Source of the DNA: Dendrobates tinctorius
Lineage: Eukaryota
Assembly (NCBI RefSeq): GCF_039654945.1
Contig: NW_027361692.1
Coordinates: 15,190,001 to 15,254,000, forward strand
Length of the DNA: 64,000 bases
Direction: 5' to 3'
A program made the position numbers and the translations under genes. Below the pieces are notes generated by a model that saw only the letters and a program-made list of their open reading frames with translations, did no database searches and was not told where the DNA came from. Within the stretch, counting starts at the first letter, position 1. Every line of letters begins with the position of its first letter. This document shows positions 23,906 to 36,400 of this stretch, piece after piece.

Positions 23906-26900
23906 ACATTCATAATAAAAATGCGTCTTATTCTGGCGCATCAAAGCATTTTGTCAATGTGCACCATGGAGATCTCACTAATTTTTCTTTTTATGCTTTT
24001 GAAAAGATCAGCAATCCTCTACAAGGTGGTAATAAACAGAAAATGTTAACTACAAGAGAGGCATATTGGATCCAGAAATTGGACACACGTTTTCCAAAAA
24101 GAATGAACTCAAGAAACAATTTGTTTTACATCTATTGAAGTCCTTTTTTCCCTCTAACTTTTGTGTTTCTCACATGTTCATGCATATCCTAGTAATTGTT
24201 AAGTAGTTGGGATTGGTTGCTTTTCTCTATTTATTGTAACCATTGTGTTATCTGTGTATCCTATGACTAAGGCTACTTTCAGACTAGCGTTCTGAGGCGC
24301 AGCGCAGGGCCGCAGCTAAGCTCCGCCCCCAGCCACACTTCCTCCAGTCAGCTCCTCCTATTATCACATGACGCTGCATGCGATCAACGTACACTATATA
24401 TAGCGTTGGGTACGCTGGCCGTGCGCTGGTATGATTTTTCCGGCACTTTTGCCCTTTTTTAGCACCTAAAACGTGTCAGTTTTGCATGATTTTTAATTAT
24501 GGCTTGAATGCCGAATAGTTTTTTTATCTTCATTTTGGTGTGCCACATCCTCCTCTTTGCTCCTATGCAATGCTGTGCTTTCCAGTCTTTGTGTGCACCC
24601 ACCTGCTCTGCTGATTTGGCTCAAACCTATGTGGTTTCATTCTGGATCCCATGGAAGCTCCTACACTCTTCTCTACTGCACTCCTTGTGAAAGCGGTGAG
24701 CTCCGTGATCAACGGATTATATTTCTTTATTTAATTTGGATTTGCTACTTTGGATGTTGTATATCTGGATATCATCTTTGAGCCTCATATTGGTGCATTG
24801 AACTGTGTTTTAGCACAACATTTTTTAAGGTGGTTTTTTTATTTTTTTTGCTGGTGACCATTGCAGCTTGTCTTCATCGATTGACTCCAGGATGCCCAGG
24901 CTGGCACAAGTATTTAATCATCCTGTGAATGAGATGTCTCTGATGAATTTTCTTATGCCAAAGATTTATTTAAAAAGCTTGATAAAGTTTTGGGACAAGA
25001 ATTACGCACATGGTGGGATCATAATTCGTTGAAAACATATTTGGAAAAAGAAATGATTCCACGTGGCTTACGTCTAAAAAAGGTGCCAAAATCTTTTGAC
25101 CGTCAAAGTGCACAAAGACATAATAAATCTGTGTCATTTTCCTCTTCTGAGTTCCACAGTTCAGAAATGGAATCTGATAATTCAGTACGTGGACAAGGAA
25201 ATCGCCCTAATGAATTCAGACATTTGCCTTCAACACCGGCAAAAAACGCTGGAGATGCAGGAGAGGAATTAGGAGGAAGAAACCAGTTCACATAGAACTG
25301 TTATCCTGTCAGGAAGAGACGCATGAGGAGCTAGACACTCCTTCCAATGTGCTTATTTTGTCCCCTGTTATCCTGTCTCAAGACCAGCTGAATATTTTAC
25401 AAAAAGGCTTACATTTTGTGCCCACCAGAAGATTTGACCTTTTCAAACAATAAAAGATGTGAACAAATTTACCCGGTTATTGACTGTAAAAAGACATTTT
25501 TTTTTCTGAGGATCGTGTTTTATCATCTGTGAATCTGCTTTATTCAGATGTCTCGAATGACTCAATGTCGTCATTTTTTTCTTTCAGTGAACAAAAAGCC
25601 ATATCAACATTATTATCCTTACAGGATCATAGGAATGATGCACTTGCTATTTCTGATAAAGATATATCTGCTACCCAAAAAAATTCATCTTATTATCCTC
25701 TCTAATCCAGAGTTACATCTTTGGATTTGTTTCAATCTTTGGTTGAGAAGGATTTGAAATTGTTAGATCAGGAAATAAAACATGCTAATTTTTCTTGTAA
25801 CTTGTCTGCCAGTCAATCTTTGGCTGTCAGCCAGCTGCAAAAAAACTCCAACATTGTAATTAGGCAGACAAAGGTGGTTGCACTTGCACCATAGTAATGG
25901 ATACTCAGTTATATGTCAGTCTTGCTCATACCATTTTGCATGATTCAACCACCTATCTGACATTGAAGTCTGGCCTCACTCTGTCTTATAAATTGGAGCT
26001 TTTTTCAATTATTCAGGAGGACATATCCTCGGGTGTTTTAGATTCAAAAATTGTCAAGTGGCTAATTCCTGACCATCCTAGAGTTTCTATTTTTCATGGT
26101 CTCCATAAGACCCACAAAAATGTTTTCCCCCTCCCCTACGGCCCATGATTTGTAGTATAGGATCACTAAATGAGAACCTTAGCTCCTGGGTCAGTGACTA
26201 TCTACATCCTTTAATTTCTTGGATTCCAGGATATTTAAAGGATTCTTCTTCTGTTTTGATGTCTTTGGAAAGTGTTTATTGGGATAATAATTTCAATTTT
26301 TTTCACATGTGACATAGTTAGCCTATATATACTCCTCTATACCACATTCTTTGGCTATCAAAGCCATTAATCATCACTTTTATTGCTATAGTAATTATTC
26401 TGAAGAACTGAAACGGTTCATTATTAGGTCGCTCACGTATCTACTGAAACATAATTTTTTTATGTTTGATAATTGTTATTTTTTGCAGGTGCTTGGTGCG
26501 ACAATGGGTTTTTCTCCGTCTATCGCCATCCTTTACATGGCATGGTGGGAAGAGTTATTTATTTTTTCGGATAAAAATCCATTTCATGTGACATTTTTTG
26601 GTTTGGTAGATACGTGGACGACCTGATCTTCATTTGGCAAGGTCCACCATCTAAGGTGCAGAATTTTTATAATTTTTTGAATTGTAATGATTTAAATCTA
26701 TCCTTTACGAATAGTGGTTTTGATTCTGAAATCTCCTTTTTGGATATTTTGTTGACTGGTGATACGATTACACATAAAATTCATACTTCAGTTTACAGAA
26801 AGAATGTCGCTGGCAAGGCTTTACTATTGTCATCCTCCTCTTATGCCAAACATACTATTAAATCGATCCCCTATGAAGAATTGAAAAGAATCAACAGGTT

Positions 26901-27864
26901 ATGTTCCAATCATGATTCTTTTATGAGGGAGGGTAAAATTGCTTGTCAGTGTCTTTTGGATAGAGGGTATAACCAGCGTGATGTTAATTCTGCCTTTATC
27001 AAAGTTTTGAATGAACCTCATTTTGAATCTTCTGTTAATAAATTGTCTTTGTCAAAAAGGCATCCTCCGTTAGTTTTTTCAACTCCTTACAGCCCTCAAT
27101 TTAATAGCATTAAAAACATTGTTAAAAAATATTTACCTATTGTCAACCAGGATGAAAAATTGCGTAAAATTGTATCTGTCAACAGTAATTTTGTTGCTAG
27201 GAGAGGATACAGTTTGGGCAATACGTTGTCACCGAGTCTCCTAAAACGCCAGTCTTCTTCTGAAATGTGGTTATCAGCAAAGGTTTTTTTTAAGTGCGCT
27301 AATAATCGATGCAATGTCTGCGCTTTCACCAATGATAGAACTAAATCTGTTAATTCTTTTTCAGGTTTTTCTTCTACCATTACTTCTTTTTTGAATTGTG
27401 ATACAAAATATGTGATATATTGCATCTGCTGTGTGCCATGTCAGATGCAATATATTGGATGTACTACAAGAAAAATCAAGAAATGTATTGCTGACCACAT
27501 TTCTAATATTCATAATAAAAATGCGTCTTATTCTGGCGCATCAAAGCATTTTGTCAATGTGCACCATGGAGATCTCACTAATTTTTTCTTTTTATGCTTT
27601 TGAAAAGATCCGCAATCCTCTATGAGGTGGTAATAAACAGAGAATATTAACTACAAGAGAGGCATATTGGATCCTGAAATTGGACACACATTTTCCAAAA
27701 GGAATGAACTCAAGAAACGATTTGTTTTACATCTATTGAAGTCCTTTTTTTTTCCCCTCTAACTGTTGTGTTTCTCACATGTTTATGCATATCGTTGTAA
27801 TTGTTAAGTAGTTGTGATTGGTTGCTTTTCTCTATTTATTGTAACCATTGTGTAATCTGTGTAT

Positions 27865-27907
27865 CCTATGACTAAGAGTGCGTTTTTTGCACCTGAAACA
27901 CGTCAGG
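27865..27907 (+). ncRNA. Degenerate hammerhead-like motif in the Penelope family 2 3' UTR
   Basis: cct-atgactaa-ga-gtgc/gtttttt/gcac-ct-GAAA-cacg-TC-agg, at the same position as the family 1 motif. Confidence 0.5.
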
Positions 27908-28289
27908 TTTTGCATGGTTTTTAATTATGGCTTGAGTGCCAAATAAAGTTTTTTTTATCTTCATTTTGGTGTGCCACATCCTCCTGTTTGCTCCTATGTA
28001 TATATTGTTTTCTCCCCACTGGGGAGGTGCCTGAGCAACCTTCCTGTTCTGCAGTCTCAGTTACATAAGGTGCTGCACTTCGGTGCAGATCCTGCCTGCT
28101 GCACTTCGGTGCAGATCCTGCCTTCTGCACTTCAGTGAAGATCCTGCCTGTGGCACCTGTCGTGCATCGGGAGCCAAGTCTAACCTCACCATCAGAGGCT
28201 CTAATGAACAGTCCGGTACATGCTTAGTCATGCCCCTCCAGGCTCTCAGTGGTCCGAGGCATAGTGGCTCCACACCATGTCCGTGACAA

Positions 28290-28797
28290 CAGTCTTGTCT
28301 AAATGTTGTTGAGCAAACTTTAAACGTGCTTGAACATGCTTTTTCTTTAGAAGTTCTTCTGTATCCAATCAGTATGTTTTGCAACAACAAGGTTGTGAAG
28401 ATCTTCAAACTATTTTCTGGTCTTACCCACCTGGAGATGTTTCTTATGTGGCATATTGGTAATGATATACCTTTTTATAGGCCATCAGTTTAACCAGCTG
28501 ATTTTTCACTAAGTGGCAGGATTTCTTTCTAATTACTAGTAGATTTCAGCTGGTGTCATGACTTTCCATGGATTTTGCACCTCTGTTTCTTCATGTGGTC
28601 AATACATTTTCACTGTGTCACTTCACATTATTACACATAACTTAATTTATGGAGATCTATTGTTTGATTCCTTTGCCTGTATGGATTGGATGGGTTGTTA
28701 CTGACATCTAGTGAGAATTTCATGTCAATAGCACCTTTAGAAATATATTTACTTAGAACATTGGTGATGTGCTCAATAGTTATTTCACCCCTTGTAT
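28290..28797 (-). mobile_element. Tc1/mariner remnant
   Basis: Resembles Tc1 ends (...tatttcacccc.tgta); degenerate. Confidence 0.5.
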
Positions 28798-30132
28798 ATG
28801 TTTGAAGGAGAGCCAAATGTGCAAGGTGGGCAACATTCACAGACATTTATGTGTACATATTCATTTGTGACAAGAAGTTCTGACAATACATTAAAACTAG
28901 AATGAAAGAAAAAATAAAGGAAAAGTAGTTCAAGAAAATAAGAAAAAGTAAGAGGAAAAGAGTGGGAATATTGTCAAATTTTAGTTACTTTCTGTGCGAT
29001 AAGGAGTTAGAAACTTAACCCGATATAGCAAGGAGATAAAATCTGAAGACTCTCTAACCTGATTTCAGAGGATTCATGTGGAAATGAACTCTGAGTCTGC
29101 TTTTTTGCTTGAGACCTTGATTTCTCCATACTTTTGAGAGAATCCATAGCCTTTACCCACAAAATCCAGGTCTATGCTCATGAGACTTCCAGAGCCTCGG
29201 AAAGATTTGCCTCTCTTATGTCAATTAAACAAAATAATAAACAGTATTTAAAAAGAAAAGAAAACTTCCAGAATGACCATTTCTTTTGCACACTACACTT
29301 CCCAAAAAGTGTAATCAAAAGTGATTGAGTCATGAGTAGAAATGAGTAAATCTTTTGAAATTCAAAGTCAAGGACTTTGCTGAATTTTTCACAAAAATGT
29401 GACTTGCAGCGAATAAATTCAGACAAATTTCAGTACTGGAAAACTTCTAGCTGCTCATAAAATACATGCTGGGAAGAGGAGAGAGAATTCTGCTCACTAT
29501 AAACACTTACAAAAACTTGTAATAAGTTGTATGTACCCCAAAATGGAGAGACTGACAAATAACACTCATCCAGCAAAACAACAAGTGTTATGATTAGGTA
29601 ACCAAGGAGGATTGCAGGGAATAGGCTAGACAACCAGATAACCAGAGAGGTTGGTAACTTAGTGGATTGCAGACCCCTAAACTGACAACACAACTAGAAT
29701 TAGCCGTGGGACGTACCTGCGAAGTCCTAGATGCCTTGGCAAAGCCAAGAATTAACTAAGCCTAAAGAGAGAAAGGGGAAAGCTAAACTGCCCCGGAGTA
29801 GAACCCCAAAGGAATAGATAGCCCCCGAACATATATTGCCAGTGAGACAAGATGAGGCACAAACACAGGCAGAAAATAGAGTAAGCAAATGATGGGGCCC
29901 AAACTGTCTAGATAGAACAGGACAGGAAAGGATACTGTCTGCATTCATGCAAAAAACCCTACGAAAAAAATCCAACACATCTGATATGCAAAAATACTGA
30001 GGCCACACGACCTCTCCACCACTAAATCAGAACTCTGGTGTGAACTGGACGCAAAACAAAAGATTCTGATATAACAGGGGATTATATGATGTTCGTCTAC
30101 TAGGTATTGCTCCCACCTAGCCAGAATCCTAC

Positions 30133-30176
30133 TCCACACTGATGAGGGGCAACACCCCGAAACAGCTGTCTGTGGA
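30133..30176 (+). ncRNA. Minimal type I hammerhead ribozyme (unit 1), predicted cleavage after C30170
   Basis: tccaca-CTGATGA-gggg/caaca/cccc-GAAA-c(agct)g-TC-tgtgga; all core nucleotides intact. Confidence 0.93.
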
Positions 30177-30533
30177 TGGATACCTGGTCTTGGTATTTCC
30201 CTTGTCATATCTGTAAACTCGTAAAGAGCTGGATATTGACTTAAAGGGCCACTTAATATGGTGGTAATGGTGGTTTCCGAAAGGAGCCACTCCTTGGCTG
30301 GGTCCTTCCCTGGAGGAAGATTTGGCTTGTCCCGTGTTTGAGACTCTTAAATGAGGCTCCACGGACTTTATTTGCATATTCCTATTTCCCAGGGAGCAAT
30401 GCACCTAGGATTTCACTGATTGAGCGCCTTTGCTGGCCGCCGCAGTGTTTTCTTTGACTGGTCTCCCTGAGGTCAGTGATTGTTTCGTGATGTTGGTCTA
30501 CTAGGCATTGCTCCCACCTAGCCAGAATCCTAC

Positions 30534-30577
30534 TCCACACTGATGAGGGGCAGCACCCCGAAACAGCTGTCTGTGGA
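30534..30577 (+). ncRNA. Minimal type I hammerhead ribozyme (unit 2), predicted cleavage after C30571
   Basis: Same as unit 1, with one loop-II substitution (cagca). Confidence 0.93.
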
Positions 30578-31780
30578 TGGATACCTGGCCTTGGTATTTC
30601 CCTTGTCATATCTGTAAACTCGTAAAGAGTTGGATATTGACTTAAAGGGCCACTTAATATGGTGGTAATGGTGGTTTCCGAAAGGAGCCACTCCTTGGCT
30701 GGGTACTTCCCTGGAGGAAGATCTGGCTAGTCCCGTGTTTGACTCTTAAATGAGGCTCCACGGACTTTATTTGCATATTCATATTTCCCAGGGAGCAATG
30801 CACCTAGGATTTCACTGATTGAGCGCCTTTACTGGCTGCCGCAGTGTTTTCTTTGACTGGTCTCCCTGAGGTCAGTGATTGTTTCGTTATAACAGGGGAT
30901 TAGAAATACTGAAAAGCTGTGGAATATGGAAAAGAGTCCAGCACAGGTCCCAGCAGGGAACAAGGCTGAACTCACACCAGCAAAGCAGAAATCAGAGAAA
31001 AGCAAAAAATGGATCAAATGCAAAAAGATTGAAGCAGACAAATAACTTATCTGAAAGATGCAGGAAAAAGCAGGAGGCAAGCGGACTTCCAAAATGCTCA
31101 GGAAGGAAACCAAATCACCGGCAATAACTGAGAGAAGGTTGCTCACTTAAATCTCTCCAGTCTGTAACACCTGACCTCCAATCATCCTCCACAGGTGATT
31201 GACTTCTGTCAGCCAGACCAGCTCCATTACCAGCAGCAACCACCAGAGGGAGCCCAAACTCAGAAGCCAGATCAAAAGTGTTCACAACAAACAAGCCATC
31301 AAACAGCTACATTAACAAAAAAAAATTATCGATAATGGAATGAGACATTGAATAAAATAGACTTTATACTATAGGCCCACAAAGAGGTTAAATAGTTACA
31401 ATTGATTGAAAAACTAAAGGGGTCCATACAGTTTAACCTTTCACCTTTTATGTCCATGGCACACAGCATGGAAGTATAATTTAAGACAAAAGTTTGATTA
31501 GGGACAGTGGGAATATGGAACTCTACTATTTTCCACTGTCATTGGAATTGTTATTCCAACAGAAAGGAAAATATTCAGGAGATGGCTCACTTCCATTTTA
31601 GGTAGCATAATAGTCTACATTTTTGGATATCTGACTGTTTCCTTTACAGTTGTCCAACTTAATAAACCTTTCAAACTCCTTTTTTTTAGTCGTTCAACCT
31701 CTTAACACTGTATAATTGCATCATGCAATGAGTCAGGGTGTTTGGAATGGGCTCGGTAGCCCTCTTCAAATTATTATTAA

Positions 31781-33145
31781 CCCATTCACGACTTATGACA
31801 TATATATATATACTGAGCCCGCATGTTTTCAGCACATGAGAGCTGATTTCATCAGCTAACATGGGCCCCTAACGGCTGCTGGTGGAATCACAATCCACCA
31901 GTGGCTGTTAACATGTTTAATACTGCTATCAATCTCTGACAGTGGATTTAACATACCCGTGCCTGAGGTACGTCACTAGTCCTGCCCATTGGCACCCCTG
32001 TCACATGATTATGGGGTGCCGATGGGTTGACATGACAACCCGAGGTCTGCAGGAGACTGTCAAAATCACAGAAGAAAATCCAGCCCACCACCTGCGATTT
32101 CACACTTCTGGAGCCTGCATAGTACCATGGTGTGACATCCAGTTGAAGAAAGCAGAAAAATACAGCTCACAGATGAAATCCAAAAAAGTTCATTTTATTT
32201 TCCAAGGTACATGAAGTAAAGATTAAAATTGTGTGTTTGCAAAAAAGAGAATACAGGCAGGATTTCATCTGTGAGTTAGATTTTTCTGCTTTCTGCAGGA
32301 GACTCCTGTGGTTATCATTGCCGCTCTGCTATGAGCGCTGCCCTGTGGCTGGCTTTCATAGCAGATGATGATTTTTGCTATGCATAGCAGGTTTGAATCC
32401 CTGATATGTGAAGCATAAGTGATCAGAAGATCGCAGATTCAAGTCTCCTAAGGGGACTATTGAAGCAAGTAAAAAGTAGAAAAATGTTTTTAAAAATATT
32501 AAAAATGTAAAAAATATAAAAGTTCAAATCACCCCCTTTCACTATATTCAAAATAAAACAATACAAAAATAAAAACTTCACATATTTGGTATTGTCCAGA
32601 AATGCCTGATCTATCAAAATATAAAAATAAAAAAGTAATAAAAATAATTAATCTAATCGGTAAACGGCGTAACGAGAGAGAAATCAAAAAATCCAATAAC
32701 ATGCGATTAGAACATTGCATATACCCCAAAGTGGTATAAATGAAAACGATATCTTGTGCCCAAAAAATAAGCTTTCACCCAGCCCCAGATCCTGGAAAAT
32801 GGAGACACTACGGGTCATGGAAAATGGTGTCTTTTTTATTGTTGCAAACCTTGGATTTTTTTCACCATTTAAATAAAAAAGAACCCATACATGCTTGATA
32901 TCCTCAAACTCATAATGACCTGGAGAATCATAATAGCAGGTCAGTTGTAGCATTTAGTGAATATGGTAAAAAAAAACAATTATATCATTGCAATTTTTTT
33001 TTGCAATTTGACCGCTCTTTGAATTTTTTTCCTGTTTTCAGTACACAGTATGGTAAAACTAATAGTGATCTCCAAAAGCACAACTCGTCCCACATAAAAC
33101 AAGCCCTCATATGGCTATATTGACTGAAAAATAAAAATAGCTATC
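31781..33145. mobile_element. TTAA-type non-autonomous DNA element, truncated (same family as 34953-36188)
   Basis: ttaa-ccc start; collinear similarity to 34953-36130. Confidence 0.7.
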
Positions 33146-33318
33146 ATTAATTTTTATTTAACCATTGCAGTTACAAACTAGTAGTCCAGCAGCATGTTCC
33201 ACATTCGTTAATTGATGGATGCCATGTAATGGCCACACATTAATTACATAATGACAGTATCTAAGAATGAATAAGAGAAACTCTCCGACACTTAAGAAAA
33301 TACTTTTTTAACACTTAC

Positions 33319-33414
33319 CTTAATACCTATTTGTCCTGCAATGCCAATAAGACCTTCCTCTGCCTTGGTGCCTGCAGGTCCCGGACCACCAGAATTACAA
33401 TGACCACACACATT
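33319..33414 (-). CDS. COL19A1: COL19A1 exon, 96 nt: [32 protein letters not shown]
   Basis: ttttttaag acceptor, gtaagt donor; CxxC motif as in human NFCGNC. Confidence 0.9.
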
Positions 33415-36400
33415 CTTAAAAAATAGAACAAATAGAACAAAAAGAATCTTTAGTTTTGCATCACATACATTCTGATATAGATATGTTGTATCCACTTGAC
33501 GGAGCTGAAAACATTTACCACAGTACATGTAAAGAAATCTGCTGTCTCCTATCCTGCTGTTTCTGCATTGTCTCTTGCTTGTGTAATTCTTTGTTAAGTG
33601 ATTTTCTTGTTTCTAATTTAATTTTTTTAGCTCTTAAATATTCAGCAGCATGTAGGCAATTTAGGCAAATTTAGTAAAGTAGAATAGAATTCTACTCACA
33701 TTTTACAAAAATCTGTATTCTTTAGAACATCTATTATGCTGAATCATAGAGAGCTGACAAAAGGTTAAAGAAAAGGCCCCAAAACCTAACACCTCACCAC
33801 TCACTTCTATAGTCACCTTCACTGCTTGAGCTCTTCTATGTGATAGTCAGCACATCTTCTTACTGACACTGCACAGTGTATCTTCATGCTAGGCTAAGAC
33901 TAGACCTCGAGTGATGCTGGTATGAAAGGATCATTCCAGACCTAGTTGCAGCCTGAAGCCTTGGCTTAGAGGCCATAAGGTCACTACACATGCTGCCATG
34001 ACTTTACAGCGCACATGATTAAAGACATCTGGGCCCTAGAGTAGTTTCTATGCCTTGGAGTCCCCCCAAACCCCAGAACATAATTAGGGGCATTACATTT
34101 GCAGAAAATAAATTCATTCCAAATTAAACTTCCTGGTAAAGTTTTTGTGATTTGGCGAATTCTAATCTCATCTGATCTGCTCATCTCTAGTACATATATA
34201 TCTTATATAGTTGTTAAGGGCACCATACACACAAGTGTTTATGTGTTTTGAAAGGTTGTAGGAGAATAAGTTGGGTCCAGAATACTCTGCAGAACCAAAG
34301 GATCAATTATCTAAATTTAAATTACTCAATCCTTCACGCCTGTGACATCATCTGGCAGAGAAAAGTCAGAAGGTCCCATTTACATTGAATGGTCCACTGG
34401 TCTCATTCAAACTGACAAATACAAATGACTGTCCTCTACTGGGAATTAGTGTTTGTGGCTCCAGTATCCTAGTGGTATTGCTATCCTATAGCTTGACCTA
34501 TTTGTTAGCAAGTAGACTCAATATTTTTTAATCAGTATATTGTCACCTGTGATCTTCAATCCTATAAACACAGTCTATTTGTAGATTGTCCAAACCTTCC
34601 TGAGGAGTACCTAGTTGAAGATCAAGGGCTCATTAAACTACTATTGGTGGTGTAGTAATTGAGTCATTTTGCACTTGTAATACAGCTGTCTGCTTTGGCT
34701 TACTTCCATTTCTCTCCCTTGCTGAGGCATCTATCACATTGCTGTTACAAGTATCATAAAAGTCAGTGAAAATATTATTAATAGTCTAAAATATAATGAG
34801 AATTCAGAAAACAGTATTTTTATCTTTTTCGTGCTTTCTTTAAATTATTTTTCAGCAATTTTCCTTCTAAAGTAAATAAATGTAAAGGGACAATTTGTAT
34901 ATGAATGGTTCACAGGATGGAGAATTTGATATTAAATTTAAAAGAAGTTTAACCCCTTCCTTACCGATGACGGAATAGTACGTCTTCGGTAAGGATCCCC
35001 TGCTTTGGGGTGGGCTCTGGCGGTGAGCCCACCTCAAAGCCGTGACATGTCAGCTGTTATGAACAGCTGACATGTGCCCGCAATAGGCACAAGTGGAATC
35101 ACCGTCCATCCATGCCTATTAACTAGTTAAATCCCACTGTCAAAGCTGACAGTGGGCATTTAAATAGCACTCTCGGCCGCCGGGCCAGAAGTGAGCTCAT
35201 CGCCGACCCCCATCATGTGATCGGGGGTCGGTGATGCATTGCCTGGACAACCACAGGTCTCACAGAGACCTCTAAGGTTGTTCCAAGAAGATGGCTTTGA
35301 GCGTCGCCCGGTGGCCGGCGCGCAAAGCACAGCAGTAAATCTGCTAAATATGGGCGATCTGCTCATCGCCCATATGTAACAGAGCTGATCAAGTGTTGCA
35401 TGCTTCTAGCCTCCTATGGAGGCTAATGAAGCATGCCAAAAGTAAAAAAAATGTTTAAAAATAAAAAAATAAAAAAACCCTAAAAGTTCAAATCACCCCC
35501 CTTTCGCCCCAATCAAAATAAAGCAATAAAATACCCCACATACACATATTAGGTATCACCGCATTCAGAATCACCCGATCTATCAATAAAAAAAGCATTA
35601 ACCCGATCGCTAAACGGCGTAGCTAGAATTTTATTTTTTTTTTAGTTTCTGCGACATTGCATTAAAATGTAATAACGGGTGATCAAAAGAACGTATTTGC
35701 ACAAAAGTGGTATCATTAAAAACGTCAGCCTGGCCCGCAGAAAATAAGCCCTCACCCGACTCCAGATCACCAAAAATGGAGACGCTACGTATCTCAGAAA
35801 ATTGCGCAATTTTTTTTTTTAATCAAACTTTGGAATTTTACTTAGATAAAAGAGAACAACATAGACATGTTTGGTGTCTATGAACTCATAATGACCTGGA
35901 GAATCATAATAGCAGGTTAGACTTAGCATCTAATGAACCTAGCAAAAAAGTAAATCAAATAAAAAGTGTGGGATTGCACTTTTTTTGCAATTTCACTACA
36001 CTTGGAATTTTTTTCCCGTTTTTGAGTACATGACATGGTAAAACCAATGGTGTCATTTAAAAGTACAACTCGTCTCGCAAAAAATAAGCCCTCACATGGC
36101 CATATTGAAGGAAAAATAAAAAAGATATGGCTCTGGAAAGAAGGGGAGCAAAAAATGAAAAATAAAAAAAGCTCCGGGAGTGAAGGGGTTAAAAAAGAGA
36201 CAATAGAAACCTTAAAAAGCTTGTAGATTATTATACGTGATTTCAGGTTAATTGATATGTTCTATGGCCTATAGAATGTGCACCTTTTCTCTTTCACATA
36301 GAGTCTTATCAGCACCAACTGTACGTCAATCTCCTATCTAAGTAACGTAAAAATCTTCACTAAATACAGATTTTACCAGAGAATAAGGAATTTTGAAAAT

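Larger units (their letters stand above)
22817..27996 (+). mobile_element. Penelope-like retroelement family 2, degenerate: inverted 5' piece (22817-23040), partial 3' copy (23040-24560) and full-length copy (~24560-27996)
   Basis: ORF1 remnant WWDHNSLKTYLEKEMIPRGLR, RT remnants (RYVDD), CxxxxCxxC, YVIY...YIG; 23060-23257 plus 23906-24268 duplicate 27320-27875. Confidence 0.88.
30085..30887 (+). mobile_element. Non-LTR retrozyme: tandem dimer of a 401-bp unit
   Basis: Two near-identical units; 15-bp TSD tataacaggggatta (30070-30084, 30888-30902); one hammerhead per unit. Confidence 0.9.
29586..31289. mobile_element. Solo LTR (~890 bp without the insertion) hosting the retrozyme dimer
   Basis: tgttatga...tcacaaca ends; flanking duplication aacaag (29580-29585, 31290-31295). 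Confidence 0.75.
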
